A DNA stretch of 64,000 nt from Candidatus Hydrogenedentota bacterium. Its GTDB lineage: Bacteria; Hydrogenedentota; Hydrogenedentia; Hydrogenedentales; SLHB01. The stretch spans positions 41,000 to 104,999 of the forward strand of contig JABWCD010000001.1 of assembly GCA_013359265.1 (NCBI GenBank). The letters are read 5' to 3'. Under the pieces are notes generated by a model. That model made no database searches. It worked only from the letters and a program-made list of their open reading frames with translations, and had not been told where the DNA came from. A program made the position numbers and the translations under genes. Shown one piece after another: positions 49,213 to 59,654 of the stretch (the stretch's first letter is position 1; the number at the start of each line of letters is the position of its first letter).

Positions 49213-50172
49213 ATGAAACGACGTGATTTCGTTCGTCGCGTAAGCCTGCTCGGACTTCTTGGCGCACTCGGGCCTCGTCACTCGGCAGGCGCGGCGGAGA
49301 CGTCCAATGCGGGCAAAAAGCCTCGCCGCTACGTTGACGTTCACACCCACATCACGCAACGGTTTGGCGAGAAGCCGCCCTTGTCGGCAAGCGAACTCGT
49401 ACGGTGGATGGACTCCGCGGAGATTGAAATCGCATTTGTTCTGCCGCTGGTCAATCCGGAGTCGTGGGACCACTTGATATCCGTCGAGTACGTGCTGCGC
49501 GAGACCGAACCGTACCGCGATCGGTTGGTGCCATCGTGCTGCATCGACCCGCGCGCGAACTACCTCAATTCGCTCGAGGCGAAGGTGAAACATCTGAAGC
49601 GGTACATCGACGCGGGCGTGAAGGGGTACGGCGAACACAAATGCGGCGTGAACATCGATGATCCACGCAACATCGAAGTGTTCGCGGCGGCGGCAGAGTT
49701 GAGGCTGCCCATCCTGTTCCATCTCGACAACGTACGGAATATGGACAGGCCGGGATTGCCGGGCTTGGCAAAAGTGCTCGAAGCCGTGCCGAACGGCATC
49801 TTCATCGGCCACGCGAACGGCTGGTGGGCAAGCATCTCCGGCGATGCGACGCAACAGGATTTTGGCGCCTACCCGAACCGCAAGACAACTCCGGGCGGCG
49901 CGATAGACGCGTTAATGGATCGATTTCCGAACATATACGGGGACTTGAGCGCGGGCAGCGGATCGAACGCGATCTTGCGCGACGTCGAGTTCGGAAAAGA
50001 GTTTCTTGTGAGGCGCGCAGACAGGCTCATGTTCGGGACGGACTATCTGATGCCGGGTCAACACGTGCCGCAATTGAGCATGTATCGGGAGATTGAGCTG
50101 CCCGTGGAAGCGCAGGAAAAAATATTCCGGAGAAACGCCGAACGGCTGTTCGGAATCTCACTGAACAATTAG
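49213..50172 (+). CDS. Tat-exported amidohydrolase_2 family protein
   Basis: KRRDFV Tat motif; DVHTH, GYGEHK, LFH, FIGH, MFGTDY. Confidence 0.9.
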   Translation: MKRRDFVRRVSLLGLLGALGPRHSAGAAETSNAGKKPRRYVDVHTHITQRFGEKPPLSASELVRWMDSAEIEIAFVLPLVNPESWDHLISVEYVLRETEPYRDRLVPSCCIDPRANYLNSLEAKVKHLKRYIDAGVKGYGEHKCGVNIDDPRNIEVFAAAAELRLPILFHLDNVRNMDRPGLPGLAKVLEAVPNGIFIGHANGWWASISGDATQQDFGAYPNRKTTPGGAIDALMDRFPNIYGDLSAGSGSNAILRDVEFGKEFLVRRADRLMFGTDYLMPGQHVPQLSMYREIELPVEAQEKIFRRNAERLFGISLNN

Positions 50173-50209
50173 CCGCGAGAGCACCCAACGAGTGCAAAGA
50201 AAGTATCGA

Positions 50210-50914
50210 TCATCCAACACGATCGATCACCTCCGTGAGCGACTGAATCGTCGTTCCATCGGAATCACCGGCACCCTTCCGATCGATATGTAGACCCCGA
50301 AGGCCCGCGTTTTGAGCAGCGCGCACATCGTCGTCGAGGGAATCACCAATGTGGAGGACTTCGTGCGTGAGCAAGCCAAGGCGTGCGACGGCCTGTAGAA
50401 AGATTTCCGGAGACGGCTTGCTCACGCCCGCTTCAGCGGACGTAAGGATGAACTGAAAACGGTTGGCGACTCCCATCGCGTGCATTAATCGCGGGAGGCG
50501 CGAGTCCCAATTCGACACGATGGCAATGGGGATGCCGCGGTCGCGCAACGCGTCGAGAGCCGGCATAACGTCACCGTACAGTCGCCAAACCTCGGGTTCT
50601 TCAAACCGCAGGTAGAGCGATTCGAAGAAAGTCTCAAAACCATCGCCGAACGAATCCAGACCCACGGCGTCGTCGAATACCCGCTCTACCAGCTTCCGCC
50701 ACCATTCGCGCTCGATTGCCTCGGACGTGTGGAACGGAGACGTGCCGTCCGCGTAGGGGCGAAGTTCCCGCCACACCTTGCGGAACACGGCGCTAAGCGA
50801 TTCGGTTGCTGCGCTCACCCCGAAGCGTTCGGCTTCCCGCGCATATATTTCGCCGACGGATGGATACACGTGCAGAAGTGTGCCCGCAGCGTCAAAGAAA
50901 ACGGCTCGAACCAT
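50210..50914 (-). CDS. HAD-IA family hydrolase (REG-2-like)
   Basis: FFDAAGTL, VSNWD, KPSPEIF, HIGDSLDDD. Confidence 0.9.
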   Translation of the reverse strand: MVRAVFFDAAGTLLHVYPSVGEIYAREAERFGVSAATESLSAVFRKVWRELRPYADGTSPFHTSEAIEREWWRKLVERVFDDAVGLDSFGDGFETFFESLYLRFEEPEVWRLYGDVMPALDALRDRGIPIAIVSNWDSRLPRLMHAMGVANRFQFILTSAEAGVSKPSPEIFLQAVARLGLLTHEVLHIGDSLDDDVRAAQNAGLRGLHIDRKGAGDSDGTTIQSLTEVIDRVG

Positions 50915-51161
50915 CGTCCGACTATACCACGGAAGATCGGGAACCGCACCAGGCAATACGTGTGGCCGAATGGGCCTCGTTGACTTCGCCGACGGCTACG
51001 CAAGCCATGTTGGCGCTGCGTCCTGTACGGGACGCGACTGCATTCGCCCGTGCGGACAGATTGTTGGGGGGTTAATCCGGCACGCAGCACATACGGTCCG
51101 AATGCCAGCTTCTCCGTGATGGAAGAATCGGACATCCCACAGCGTACATGCGGCCGCCTTT

Positions 51162-52532
51162 TTATCCGTTTAGCTCCTTGATCTTGTCTTCGATTAACTT
51201 GCGAATCTCCGCGAGACGCTCCGGGTTCTCCGCTTCGCACCGCATAACGAGAACCGGCGACGTGTTTGACGCGCGCACGAGGCCCCAGCCGTCGTCAAAC
51301 TCGATGCGCGCGCCGTCGATGGTATTCACGTTCAACTTCAGTTCGTTTTTGAAGTAGTGGGTCGCCGCTTTCACGATGTCGAACTTTTTCGCCTCCGTCG
51401 TTTCGATCCGCACCTCGGGCGTGTTGTACATCTTGGGCACGTTTGCAAAATGTTCGGATAACGGTTTCTTGCTCGCGGCGACGATCTCCAGCAGGCGCGC
51501 CCCCGCGTAAATCGCGTCGTCGAAGCCGTACCAGCGGTGCTTGAAAAACATGTGCCCGCTCATTTCGCCGGCGAGCTGCGACTTGTGCTTCTTCATCGCC
51601 GCCTTGATGAGCGAATGCCCCGTCTTCCACATCACCGGCTTCCCGCCGTGCTTCGCAATGTCCGCGTACAACGTGCGCGAACTTTTCACCTCCCCGATAA
51701 TCGTCGCCTTCGGTTTCGCCTTCAGCACGGCGCGCGCGAACAGGATCAGCAACTGGTCGCCAAAAATCACATTGCCCGTCTCGTCCACCGCCCCGATTCG
51801 GTCGGTGTCGCCGTCGTACGCGATGCCCAGGTCGGCCTTGGCGCTCCGGACCTTCGCGATGAGGTCCTTGAGGTTCTCCGGGACCGTCGGGTCGGGATGA
51901 TGGTTCGGGAACGTCCCGTCCACGTCGCAATACAGTGGAATGACTTTGCAGCCCAGTTGCTTGTACAACGGCACGCCGACCGGGCCGCCCGTGCCGTTGC
52001 CGCCATCTAGCACCACCTTCAGTTTGCGCTTGAGCTTGATATCGCCCGCGACGCGCTTCAGATATTTCGGCACAATGTCCATCCGCGTGATCGTCACCGG
52101 GCCGCCCTTGCCCCGCGGAAACTTCCCCGCCTGGGCGATCTTCATCAACTTCTGGATGTCATGACCGTGAATGGTCGACTCTCCGACGGCCACCTTCATT
52201 CCGTTGTATTCTTTCGGGTTGTGGCTCGCCGTGATCATCACACCGCCGTCTACCGGCAGTGTGAACAGTCCGAAGTACAACAACCCCGTCGGCACTTCGC
52301 CGATATCGATTACGTTGACCCCGCACGACGTAATGCCCTCGATCAGCGCGTTCGCGTACGCTTTCGACGTGACGCGCCCGTCACGCCCCACCACCAGGCA
52401 TTTCTTCTTCAGCTTGCCCTTCATGAATGCGCAGACCGCCCTGCCAACCGTTTCGTACGTCGTCTCGTCGAGGTCTTTGCCTGCGATGCCGCGAATGTCG
52501 TACTCGCGGAAAATATGCGGATGGATTTGCAT
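51162..52532 (-). CDS. Phosphomannomutase/phosphoglucomutase
   Basis: FREYDIRG, TASHNP, DGDTDR, GEMSGH, RASNT. Confidence 0.95.
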   Translation of the reverse strand: MQIHPHIFREYDIRGIAGKDLDETTYETVGRAVCAFMKGKLKKKCLVVGRDGRVTSKAYANALIEGITSCGVNVIDIGEVPTGLLYFGLFTLPVDGGVMITASHNPKEYNGMKVAVGESTIHGHDIQKLMKIAQAGKFPRGKGGPVTITRMDIVPKYLKRVAGDIKLKRKLKVVLDGGNGTGGPVGVPLYKQLGCKVIPLYCDVDGTFPNHHPDPTVPENLKDLIAKVRSAKADLGIAYDGDTDRIGAVDETGNVIFGDQLLILFARAVLKAKPKATIIGEVKSSRTLYADIAKHGGKPVMWKTGHSLIKAAMKKHKSQLAGEMSGHMFFKHRWYGFDDAIYAGARLLEIVAASKKPLSEHFANVPKMYNTPEVRIETTEAKKFDIVKAATHYFKNELKLNVNTIDGARIEFDDGWGLVRASNTSPVLVMRCEAENPERLAEIRKLIEDKIKELNG

Positions 52533-52622
52533 TGAAAACTCCCTGAAAACGTGCTTTGGACCCCAAACAACGGCGAAAGCGTAGCAAGCATCGCGCGGTT
52601 GCCGCAACGTATGCGGCATCCC

Positions 52623-52670
52623 AAGAAACGCGCGCGGCGCGAGAGCGATACTGACCTCTCGCGCCGCGCG
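52623..52670 (-). terminator. Intrinsic terminator of glnK-amtB
   Basis: 15-bp stem cgcgcggcgcgagag/ctctcgcgccgcgcg followed by TTTCTT on the minus strand. Confidence 0.75.
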
Positions 52671-52701
52671 GGTCTATTGCGACGGCAAACGTGTTGCCAG
52701 G

Positions 52702-54120
52702 TTAGGTCAGGTTGTAGCCCGCCTCGTTGTGACCCGTCGTATCGAGACCTTCGGTCTCCGCCGCCTCGTCCACGCGCAGACCAACAATGAGATCAACGAC
52801 CTTGTACAGGATGGCGGACACGATACCGCAATATAGGATCGTCACAGCGCATGTAATGGCCTGTGTCGTCATCTGCGGCCCAAAGCCCGGGTACGCCGCG
52901 TACGTCCCGCCCAACGCCGGGTTCGCGAACACGCCGGTCAGCATCGCGCCGACAAGTCCGCCAACACCGTGGACACCGAACGCATCGAGCGAGTCGTCGT
53001 ATCCAAGCGCCTTCTTCACACTAGTGGCAGCGATAAAGCACACCACCGAGACTATGACGCCGATTGCGAGCGCGCCAATGGGGCCCGCGGTTCCGGATGC
53101 AGGTGTGATTGCGACAAGGCCGGCGACGGCGCCGGTGATTGCGCCCAACGCGCTCGGCTTGCCGTGCTTGATCCATTCAATCACCATCCAGGTAAAGGCC
53201 GCCGTTGCCGCGCAGATGTGCGTAACAAGCATCGCCATGCCCGCCGTGCCGTTCGCAGCCACCGCGCTGCCGGCATTGAACCCGAACCACCCAACCCACA
53301 GCATGCCGGCGCCGGTCACCGCCATCGTCATGTTGTGCGGCATCATCGGGGTCGTCGGATATCCCCTGCGTTTGCCGACCATAAGCGCGCCCACAAGTGC
53401 CGCGATTCCCGCGTTAATGTGAACGACAGTACCACCGGCGAAATCAAGCGCGCCCATGTCGAAGAACCACGCCCCCGCGCCGCCCCACACCATGTGGGCA
53501 ATCGGGCTATACACGAAGACCGACCACAGGCAGCAGAACAGCAGCACCGCGGAAAACTTCATGCGCTCGGCGAAAGCGCCGATGATCAGTGCGGGCGTAA
53601 TGATTGCAAACGTGCTCTGGAACGCGATGAACACGGTCTCCGGAATGGTGAGCGTCAAGGAATCGACCCCCACACCCTTCAAGAAAAGCTTGCCGAAGCC
53701 GCCAACATACTTGTTCATCGAGCCTGTCGTATCGAATGCGATCGAGTACCCAACGATCACCCAAAGCACCGTGATTGCAGCCGTAATCGCGAAACACTGC
53801 ATCAGGATCGACAACACGTTCTTCGACCGCACCAGGCCGCCGTAGAACAGCGACAGCCCCGGAATCGTCATGAACAACACCAGCGCCATCGAGGTCAACA
53901 TCCACGCCGTGTCACCGCTATTCAGTTCCGGCGCCGGTGCCGGTGCGGCCGCCTCTTCCGTAGCCACCTCGTCTGCCGGAGCCGCATCCGTGGCGGCGGC
54001 GTCCGCTGGCGGGTCCTGCGCAAGCGCGGGCAACGCCACAAAGGTCATCATCATCAGAAGGACCGCGACGAGCAGGCCCCCCGTTAATGTCGTCCCCAGT
54101 TTCAACCCAAACAATCGCAT
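52702..54120 (-). CDS. amtB: Ammonium transporter
   Basis: DTAWML, FYGGLVR, DFAGGTVVH, WFGFNAGS, DDSLDAFGVH. Confidence 0.97.
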   Translation of the reverse strand: MRLFGLKLGTTLTGGLLVAVLLMMMTFVALPALAQDPPADAAATDAAPADEVATEEAAAPAPAPELNSGDTAWMLTSMALVLFMTIPGLSLFYGGLVRSKNVLSILMQCFAITAAITVLWVIVGYSIAFDTTGSMNKYVGGFGKLFLKGVGVDSLTLTIPETVFIAFQSTFAIITPALIIGAFAERMKFSAVLLFCCLWSVFVYSPIAHMVWGGAGAWFFDMGALDFAGGTVVHINAGIAALVGALMVGKRRGYPTTPMMPHNMTMAVTGAGMLWVGWFGFNAGSAVAANGTAGMAMLVTHICAATAAFTWMVIEWIKHGKPSALGAITGAVAGLVAITPASGTAGPIGALAIGVIVSVVCFIAATSVKKALGYDDSLDAFGVHGVGGLVGAMLTGVFANPALGGTYAAYPGFGPQMTTQAITCAVTILYCGIVSAILYKVVDLIVGLRVDEAAETEGLDTTGHNEAGYNLT

Positions 54121-54244
54121 TTCGTGTCTCCTTAAACATGCCCGCTGATCGCGCCACCCGCGTTCAGGGCTCCCGTTACCGGCGGCACCGCGTCACCACC
54201 CGGGACCGCCGCCTTTCGTTCAGTTCCTACGCACCCGACAGGAC

Positions 54245-54634
<390 letters not shown>

Positions 54635-54684
54635 CTAGTGGAAACGCCCGGAATGTCGTGCACGACATGTTTGACGCCCGGTAC

Positions 54685-54701
54685 AGCAACGGCTGTGCCA
54701 A
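54685..54701 (-). promoter_or_regulatory. Sigma-54 (-24/-12) promoter for glnK-amtB
   Basis: Minus strand reads TTGGCACAGCCGTTGCT = TGGCAC-N5-TTGCW, about 100 bp upstream of glnK. Confidence 0.85.
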
Positions 54702-55043
54702 TGTGAAAAATGAGTTAGGCCATCAGGACTCCGCGCCGTTGTCTAAGTTCCTGTATTTAGTAGCCTTTCGAGCTTTGACAAATTCCTCAACGTAAACGTA
54801 GATACCGTTGCTCACCATGACGAAACTGTAGCTGCACATCGCAGACCCTACATTCACGTATGATTTTCTATCCCGCACGACTTGTGGCCCTCGCGACCGA
54901 ACACCCATCTGCGAGCGGAGTCAACCAACGCCAATCCATGTCCATAAAACATGCCTATTGACTTGGACGACTACTTTATGTATTCTTCACCTGTTGAACG
55001 TGATATCGATTGTCATGTAACGCGGTGAAGTAGACTGCAACCA

Positions 55044-55664
55044 GTGATTGCTCTGACGGTGGGAAGAACAGCCAAATCGCCCAGGGGGAACGAAACCCTC
55101 AGCGCCCTGCTCGGCTCCGGCGCACGCGCCGAAGTGTTGCGCCTGTTCCTCATCGATCCCATGCGGGACTACTACCAGCGCCAGATCGAAGCGGCCACGG
55201 GGCTTCCTATCCGCGCCGTGCAACGCGAACTCGAGCGCCTCGCTAAGATCCGCCTTCTCTACCGGCGCAACGAAGGCAATCGCACCTACTACCAGGTCGA
55301 TACGCAGTTCCCCCTGTTTCACGATCTGCGCAGCCTCTTTCTCCGCGCCGGCGGGCCGCTCGACCGGGTCCGCGGCGACGCCGCCATCGACCCCACCGTC
55401 ATCCTGCTGATCCACAGCGAGAAGGAAAACCGGCTGCTGATGGTGTACACGGGCCGTCGCGCGCCCGAGATCGGCGCAACGGAATTGCTGCCAATGGACG
55501 CGCTGACGCGCGACGAATTCATGCTCGGACTGGCTGGTGAAGACCCCCGCATCGACGAGTTTCTGCGCACCGGCGTGGACCTGCTCGGCCGGCGGGAGGA
55601 CGTCATTTGGCGGCGCATCGAAGCCGCCGGTTACGACGTCCCGAAAGGAAAGGGTGTGGCATAG
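55044..55664 (+). CDS. Winged-HTH protein with a probable degenerate minimal nucleotidyltransferase-like C-terminus
   Basis: LLGSGARAEVLRLF...YYQRQIE...AVQRELERL...GNRTYYQ...PLFHDLRSL pattern typical of wHTH-MNT proteins. Confidence 0.7.
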   Translation: MIALTVGRTAKSPRGNETLSALLGSGARAEVLRLFLIDPMRDYYQRQIEAATGLPIRAVQRELERLAKIRLLYRRNEGNRTYYQVDTQFPLFHDLRSLFLRAGGPLDRVRGDAAIDPTVILLIHSEKENRLLMVYTGRRAPEIGATELLPMDALTRDEFMLGLAGEDPRIDEFLRTGVDLLGRREDVIWRRIEAAGYDVPKGKGVA

Positions 55665-55665
55665 C

Positions 55666-57099
55666 ATGCGAAGTGCGATTGACATCCAGCGCCTGTGCGA
55701 GTCGTGGTGGGAACGTCTTGCCGATTCCACCCGCGACGACCAGCACCGCTTTGCGGAGAAGTTCCTGGCCCTGCTCGGTTGGACCGACCACGACCAGGTC
55801 GAACCCGCCGCGGTGCCCGGCCTGCCCAGCACGGCGGCCTACGTCATCCGTCTGAAGTCGCACGCCCCGCTTGTCACCTACTTCACGTTGCCGGGCATGC
55901 TCGAACCACCCGCCGCCGTCGTCAAGCGCGGGCTCGACTTCTGCGAAACCACCCGCACCCTCGTGGACACCAACCGCTTCTTCAACGCCGGGTACGCCTT
56001 CGTCACCGATTTGTTCCGTTCGTATCTCTACGACGCGCGGACCGACGAACTCCTTCTTTACGCCGACGCGCCCGCGCAGTTTACGCAGGAGTTTGGCGAC
56101 GTCCTGGGCAAGGACCGCGTCGAGGCGGGTTCGCTCGACGAAGTCCGCCGCCAACCCCGCAGCTACACCGCGCGCCAACTGCGCGAATGGATTCAGCGCT
56201 GGTCCGAAACCTTGTGCGTGGACTGGCGCGCGCCCGAGGAAATCGCGTGGCTCGCGCTCGACCGTCTCGTCGCGCTGCGCTACATCTGCGAGCGCGATCT
56301 CGCGAAAAAACCCGGCTGGCAGCACGTGCAGGACTTCGAGCGCCTCATGACGCTCGCGATCAACGGCCGTTCCGAGGGCATCGGCCGCCAACTCATCGGT
56401 CTATTCACCGACGTGCACCAGGCCTGGGGCGCCGACCTGTTTGCGCCGCAGCCGCCGCTCGAAGCCACCTTCGAACAGGACGGCCTCGCCGGCCCGCTCC
56501 TGCGCGAACTGGCCCTGCTCTCGAAGGCGAAGTTCTCGATCCCCACCGTCCTCGAAAGCTTCAACTACGGCGACGCCACGGAAAAGGCGCGCGTCCGCAT
56601 GATCCCCGAGGTGAACGAGGACCGCCAGATGTACCTCGCGCAGCGCACCGCCGCGAACGTGGACGCGACGCAGATCGAACTCGACGTCGCGGACGAAGGC
56701 TATCGCGCGATCGCGCACTGGCTCGACCAACTGATCGACACGTTCGAGCGCCTCCACGTCGAATACGAAACCGCCCCGAACGTCAAACCCGCCGCGAACG
56801 AAGACATGGACCTCTTCGGCTGGTCCGAACGCGACTCGCTCGTGCCGCTCGCGTTCACGGACACCGTCCACCACGCCGCGGAGCACTGCGTCACGATCTA
56901 CTGCTCGTCCCCGCGCCAGTACCGCACCGCGCGATTGATTCTGTATCTGCACCTCGTCGAACGGTTCACCAAGTCCAGCGCGCGCTTCCACGGCTTCCCC
57001 AGCTTAGAAACCGTGTTCAAGCGCCGTCCGAACGTACTCGAAACCGATCGCCGCAGAATCTTCCAGCCCCAACGCGAAAGCGAGTGGGAAGTTATCTAA
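55666..57099 (+). CDS. Hypothetical protein, probable degenerate homologue of the N-terminal half of a Type IIG restriction-modification enzyme
   Basis: ATG 1 bp after upstream stop; host-like codon usage; FLALLGW, VTD...LYD, LDRLVALR motifs in Type IIG-like order. Confidence 0.6.
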   Translation: MRSAIDIQRLCESWWERLADSTRDDQHRFAEKFLALLGWTDHDQVEPAAVPGLPSTAAYVIRLKSHAPLVTYFTLPGMLEPPAAVVKRGLDFCETTRTLVDTNRFFNAGYAFVTDLFRSYLYDARTDELLLYADAPAQFTQEFGDVLGKDRVEAGSLDEVRRQPRSYTARQLREWIQRWSETLCVDWRAPEEIAWLALDRLVALRYICERDLAKKPGWQHVQDFERLMTLAINGRSEGIGRQLIGLFTDVHQAWGADLFAPQPPLEATFEQDGLAGPLLRELALLSKAKFSIPTVLESFNYGDATEKARVRMIPEVNEDRQMYLAQRTAANVDATQIELDVADEGYRAIAHWLDQLIDTFERLHVEYETAPNVKPAANEDMDLFGWSERDSLVPLAFTDTVHHAAEHCVTIYCSSPRQYRTARLILYLHLVERFTKSSARFHGFPSLETVFKRRPNVLETDRRRIFQPQRESEWEVI

Positions 57100-57252
57100 T
57101 CCCGATGCACACCGGAGTAGCAGTACCGTGCTCGTACTCGTAGTTCTTCGCGTATTCCTCGTCAGCTTTCTCGCCTTGATCGAAGCTCCCGCACGCCCGT
57201 AATTCGGGCCGTGGATAGCATCCCGCAAAAGGAGCTCGGCCTTCTATACAAT

Positions 57253-57371
57253 CTCGTGCTCATGCTCATCCTCGTGCTCGTGCTCGTGCTCGTGCTCGTA
57301 ATCGTAATCGTAATCGATTCAGTTCGAGTGTCGAGCCACGAGTACGATGACGACTCACGAGCACGAGCACG
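57253..57371. repeat. Hexamer tandem repeat in inverted arrangement (family C)
   Basis: (ctcgtg)n ctcgta (atcgta)2 atcg ... cacgagtacga ... cacgagcacgagcacg. Confidence 0.85.
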
Positions 57372-57471
57372 TTTTCCTCGTTATCTCTGCTTTGCTCCTC
57401 CCACCACGCGGTTGCACTTCCTCCCCATCAAGATCACAATACCCCCATTCACATCGGGGGGAACACCGGCC

Positions 57472-59238
57472 ATGCGCGCAATTCGTTTCTCGATTCTTCT
57501 CGGCTTCGCCGCCGCTGTCTCCGCCGTCGCGGTAGAATCCATCCCGGACAAGACCGTCGTCCTAACCTTCGACGATGCCGTAAAGTCGCACCGCACGTTC
57601 GTAGGCCCGCTGCTGAAGGAATACGGGTTCGGCGCGAGCTTCTTCGTGACCGCCCTCTGGATGTCGGACACCGAAAACTTCATGAACTGGCAGGACATCG
57701 CCGAACTGCACCAGATGGGCTTCGAGATTGGCAACCACAGTTGGAGTCACTCGAACTTCGGCAACCCGAAATACGCCGCTCAACTCGAAGGCCAAATCTT
57801 CCTCGTCGAACAGGAACTCGCGAAGGCCGGCGTCCCCAAGCCCACGAGCTTCGCGTGGTGCGGCAACACGTTCTCGCCCGAAGGCGTTGACGTGCTGAAG
57901 AAATGCGGCTACACGCTCGCCCGGCGCGGCATGCAACCCGAGATCCCCTACGGCCAGATCAAGCCCGGCCCGATGTATGCACCCGCGAACTACGACCCGC
58001 TGCTCATCCCGTCCGCGGGCGACGCGTATCCAAGCTGGACGCTCGACGACTTCAAGCGCGTCGTCGACCGCGCGAAAGACGGCACAATCGCCGTTGTCCA
58101 GTTCCACGGCGTGCCCGACATCGCGCACCCCTGGGTCCACACCCCGCCCGAACGGTTCCGCGAATACATGGACTACCTCAAGCAAAACGGTTTCAACGTG
58201 ATTGCGATGCGCGGCCTCGCGCGCTACATCGACCCGGAACAACCGGCGAAAGACGCCATGACCATGGTCCGTTACACCTCCCAGCCCGTCGACCTCCCCG
58301 CCGAAGTCCACGCCACCCGCGCGAACCCCGCGTTCTGGTTCAACGTTATGAAAGCGCACAACTACACCGAAGAGGAGCTCGCTTCGGTGTTCGGCTGGCC
58401 CGTCAAAACGTTGCAGGCGCGCGCGCCGAAATTCGCGGACGTGCCGCCTGCATGGCCGCCCGCCGGCAAGAAACCCCGCATCGTCGTCCTCCCCTATCCG
58501 GGCGGACGCCACCCCCGCATCGGGTTCCTCGACGGCGCGGTCAGCCCGCTGCGCGGCTCGAAAGTCAGCATCTTCGCCCCGTGGCAGGACGGCGATCGGG
58601 AATCGACAGGAGCGCGGGCGCCCGGACCTCGGACCGATCCGAACTACGTCGTGCTCGATATTCCCGAGGCCATCTTCAGCAACCTCGGGCTGACGTTCCT
58701 TGCGCACACCCACGTGCAAAGCATGTGGGACAAGCAACACCAGCCCATCGAAAACAACGACTGGGAACTGCTTCCCAACGGCGATCTCGAAAACGAATGG
58801 ACCTTGCCCAACAACATAAAGTTCGGCGCGCGCGTCATGCCCAAGGAGGACGCCGTCGATCTCGAACTCTGGCTCGAGAACGGCTCCGGACAACCGCTAA
58901 CGGGCCTCCGCACCCAAATCTGCGCCATGCTCAAGGGCATGCCCGGCTTCAACGCACAAACGAAAGACAATAAACGGTTCGACGGAAGCGTCGCGTCTAC
59001 CAGGATGGACAGCGGGGAACGCGAAATCCTGATCGCGTTCGACCGCTGCGGCCGCGTCTGGGGCAATGAAAAATGCCCCTGCATGCACTCCGACCCTGTC
59101 CTACCCGACGCCGCCCCCGGCCAACGCGTCAGCGTCAAGGGACGCCTCTGGTTCCTCGACGCGATCGCGAATCGTGACAAGGAAGTCCGCCGCGCCCAAA
59201 GAGAATTCGCCGCGCTCGAACGCCCACCGGTGAAGTAA
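57472..59238 (+). CDS. Secreted polysaccharide deacetylase (NodB/CE4-like) with an unknown C-terminal domain
   Basis: Signal peptide from ATG 57472; VLTFDD, EIGNHSWSH, QFHGV. Confidence 0.85.
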   Translation: MRAIRFSILLGFAAAVSAVAVESIPDKTVVLTFDDAVKSHRTFVGPLLKEYGFGASFFVTALWMSDTENFMNWQDIAELHQMGFEIGNHSWSHSNFGNPKYAAQLEGQIFLVEQELAKAGVPKPTSFAWCGNTFSPEGVDVLKKCGYTLARRGMQPEIPYGQIKPGPMYAPANYDPLLIPSAGDAYPSWTLDDFKRVVDRAKDGTIAVVQFHGVPDIAHPWVHTPPERFREYMDYLKQNGFNVIAMRGLARYIDPEQPAKDAMTMVRYTSQPVDLPAEVHATRANPAFWFNVMKAHNYTEEELASVFGWPVKTLQARAPKFADVPPAWPPAGKKPRIVVLPYPGGRHPRIGFLDGAVSPLRGSKVSIFAPWQDGDRESTGARAPGPRTDPNYVVLDIPEAIFSNLGLTFLAHTHVQSMWDKQHQPIENNDWELLPNGDLENEWTLPNNIKFGARVMPKEDAVDLELWLENGSGQPLTGLRTQICAMLKGMPGFNAQTKDNKRFDGSVASTRMDSGEREILIAFDRCGRVWGNEKCPCMHSDPVLPDAAPGQRVSVKGRLWFLDAIANRDKEVRRAQREFAALERPPVK

Positions 59239-59242
59239 AGCT

Positions 59243-59298
59243 CTCGTTCTCAACTGGAAAGTCGGGAACGAGGAGGGTACTGGAAAGTTGAGAACGAG
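59243..59298. repeat. REP-like elements (family A)
   Basis: ctcgttctcaactggaaagtcgggaacgag ... ctggaaagttgagaacgag. Confidence 0.75.
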
Positions 59299-59654
59299 GA
59301 GGGAACACAAGGAGGAAAAGCCCCCGCGGCGGCGTTCCCTGTGGCGAGTGCGGGACACACTTATCTATTTATGGACGCCATTGGAGAAAGTGCGCGGGCG
59401 CGCGAATGTCGCCGAAAATCCCGCACTTCGCGGGCGGCCACCGGCGCGGCCGAATGCCCCCGGCGCGCGGCGGGATTCAATGGTCCATCCAAAACACGCA
59501 GCGAAAATACATTATACATAACCAATTCAAAATGAATATCTTACATATATCACACAACCCAATACGTTCGGGTACTTCCGCGAATCCGCGTACCTGGTCC
59601 GGGGGAAGCGGAAAGTCGCTGAAGGATCGTTTTCTGCGAAATCAAAAAAAAGTC

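Noticed and set aside
57211..57471. Hydrophobic N-terminal extension of the deacetylase ORF
   Set aside because: Translation of the hexamer repeat; the signal peptide begins at 57472
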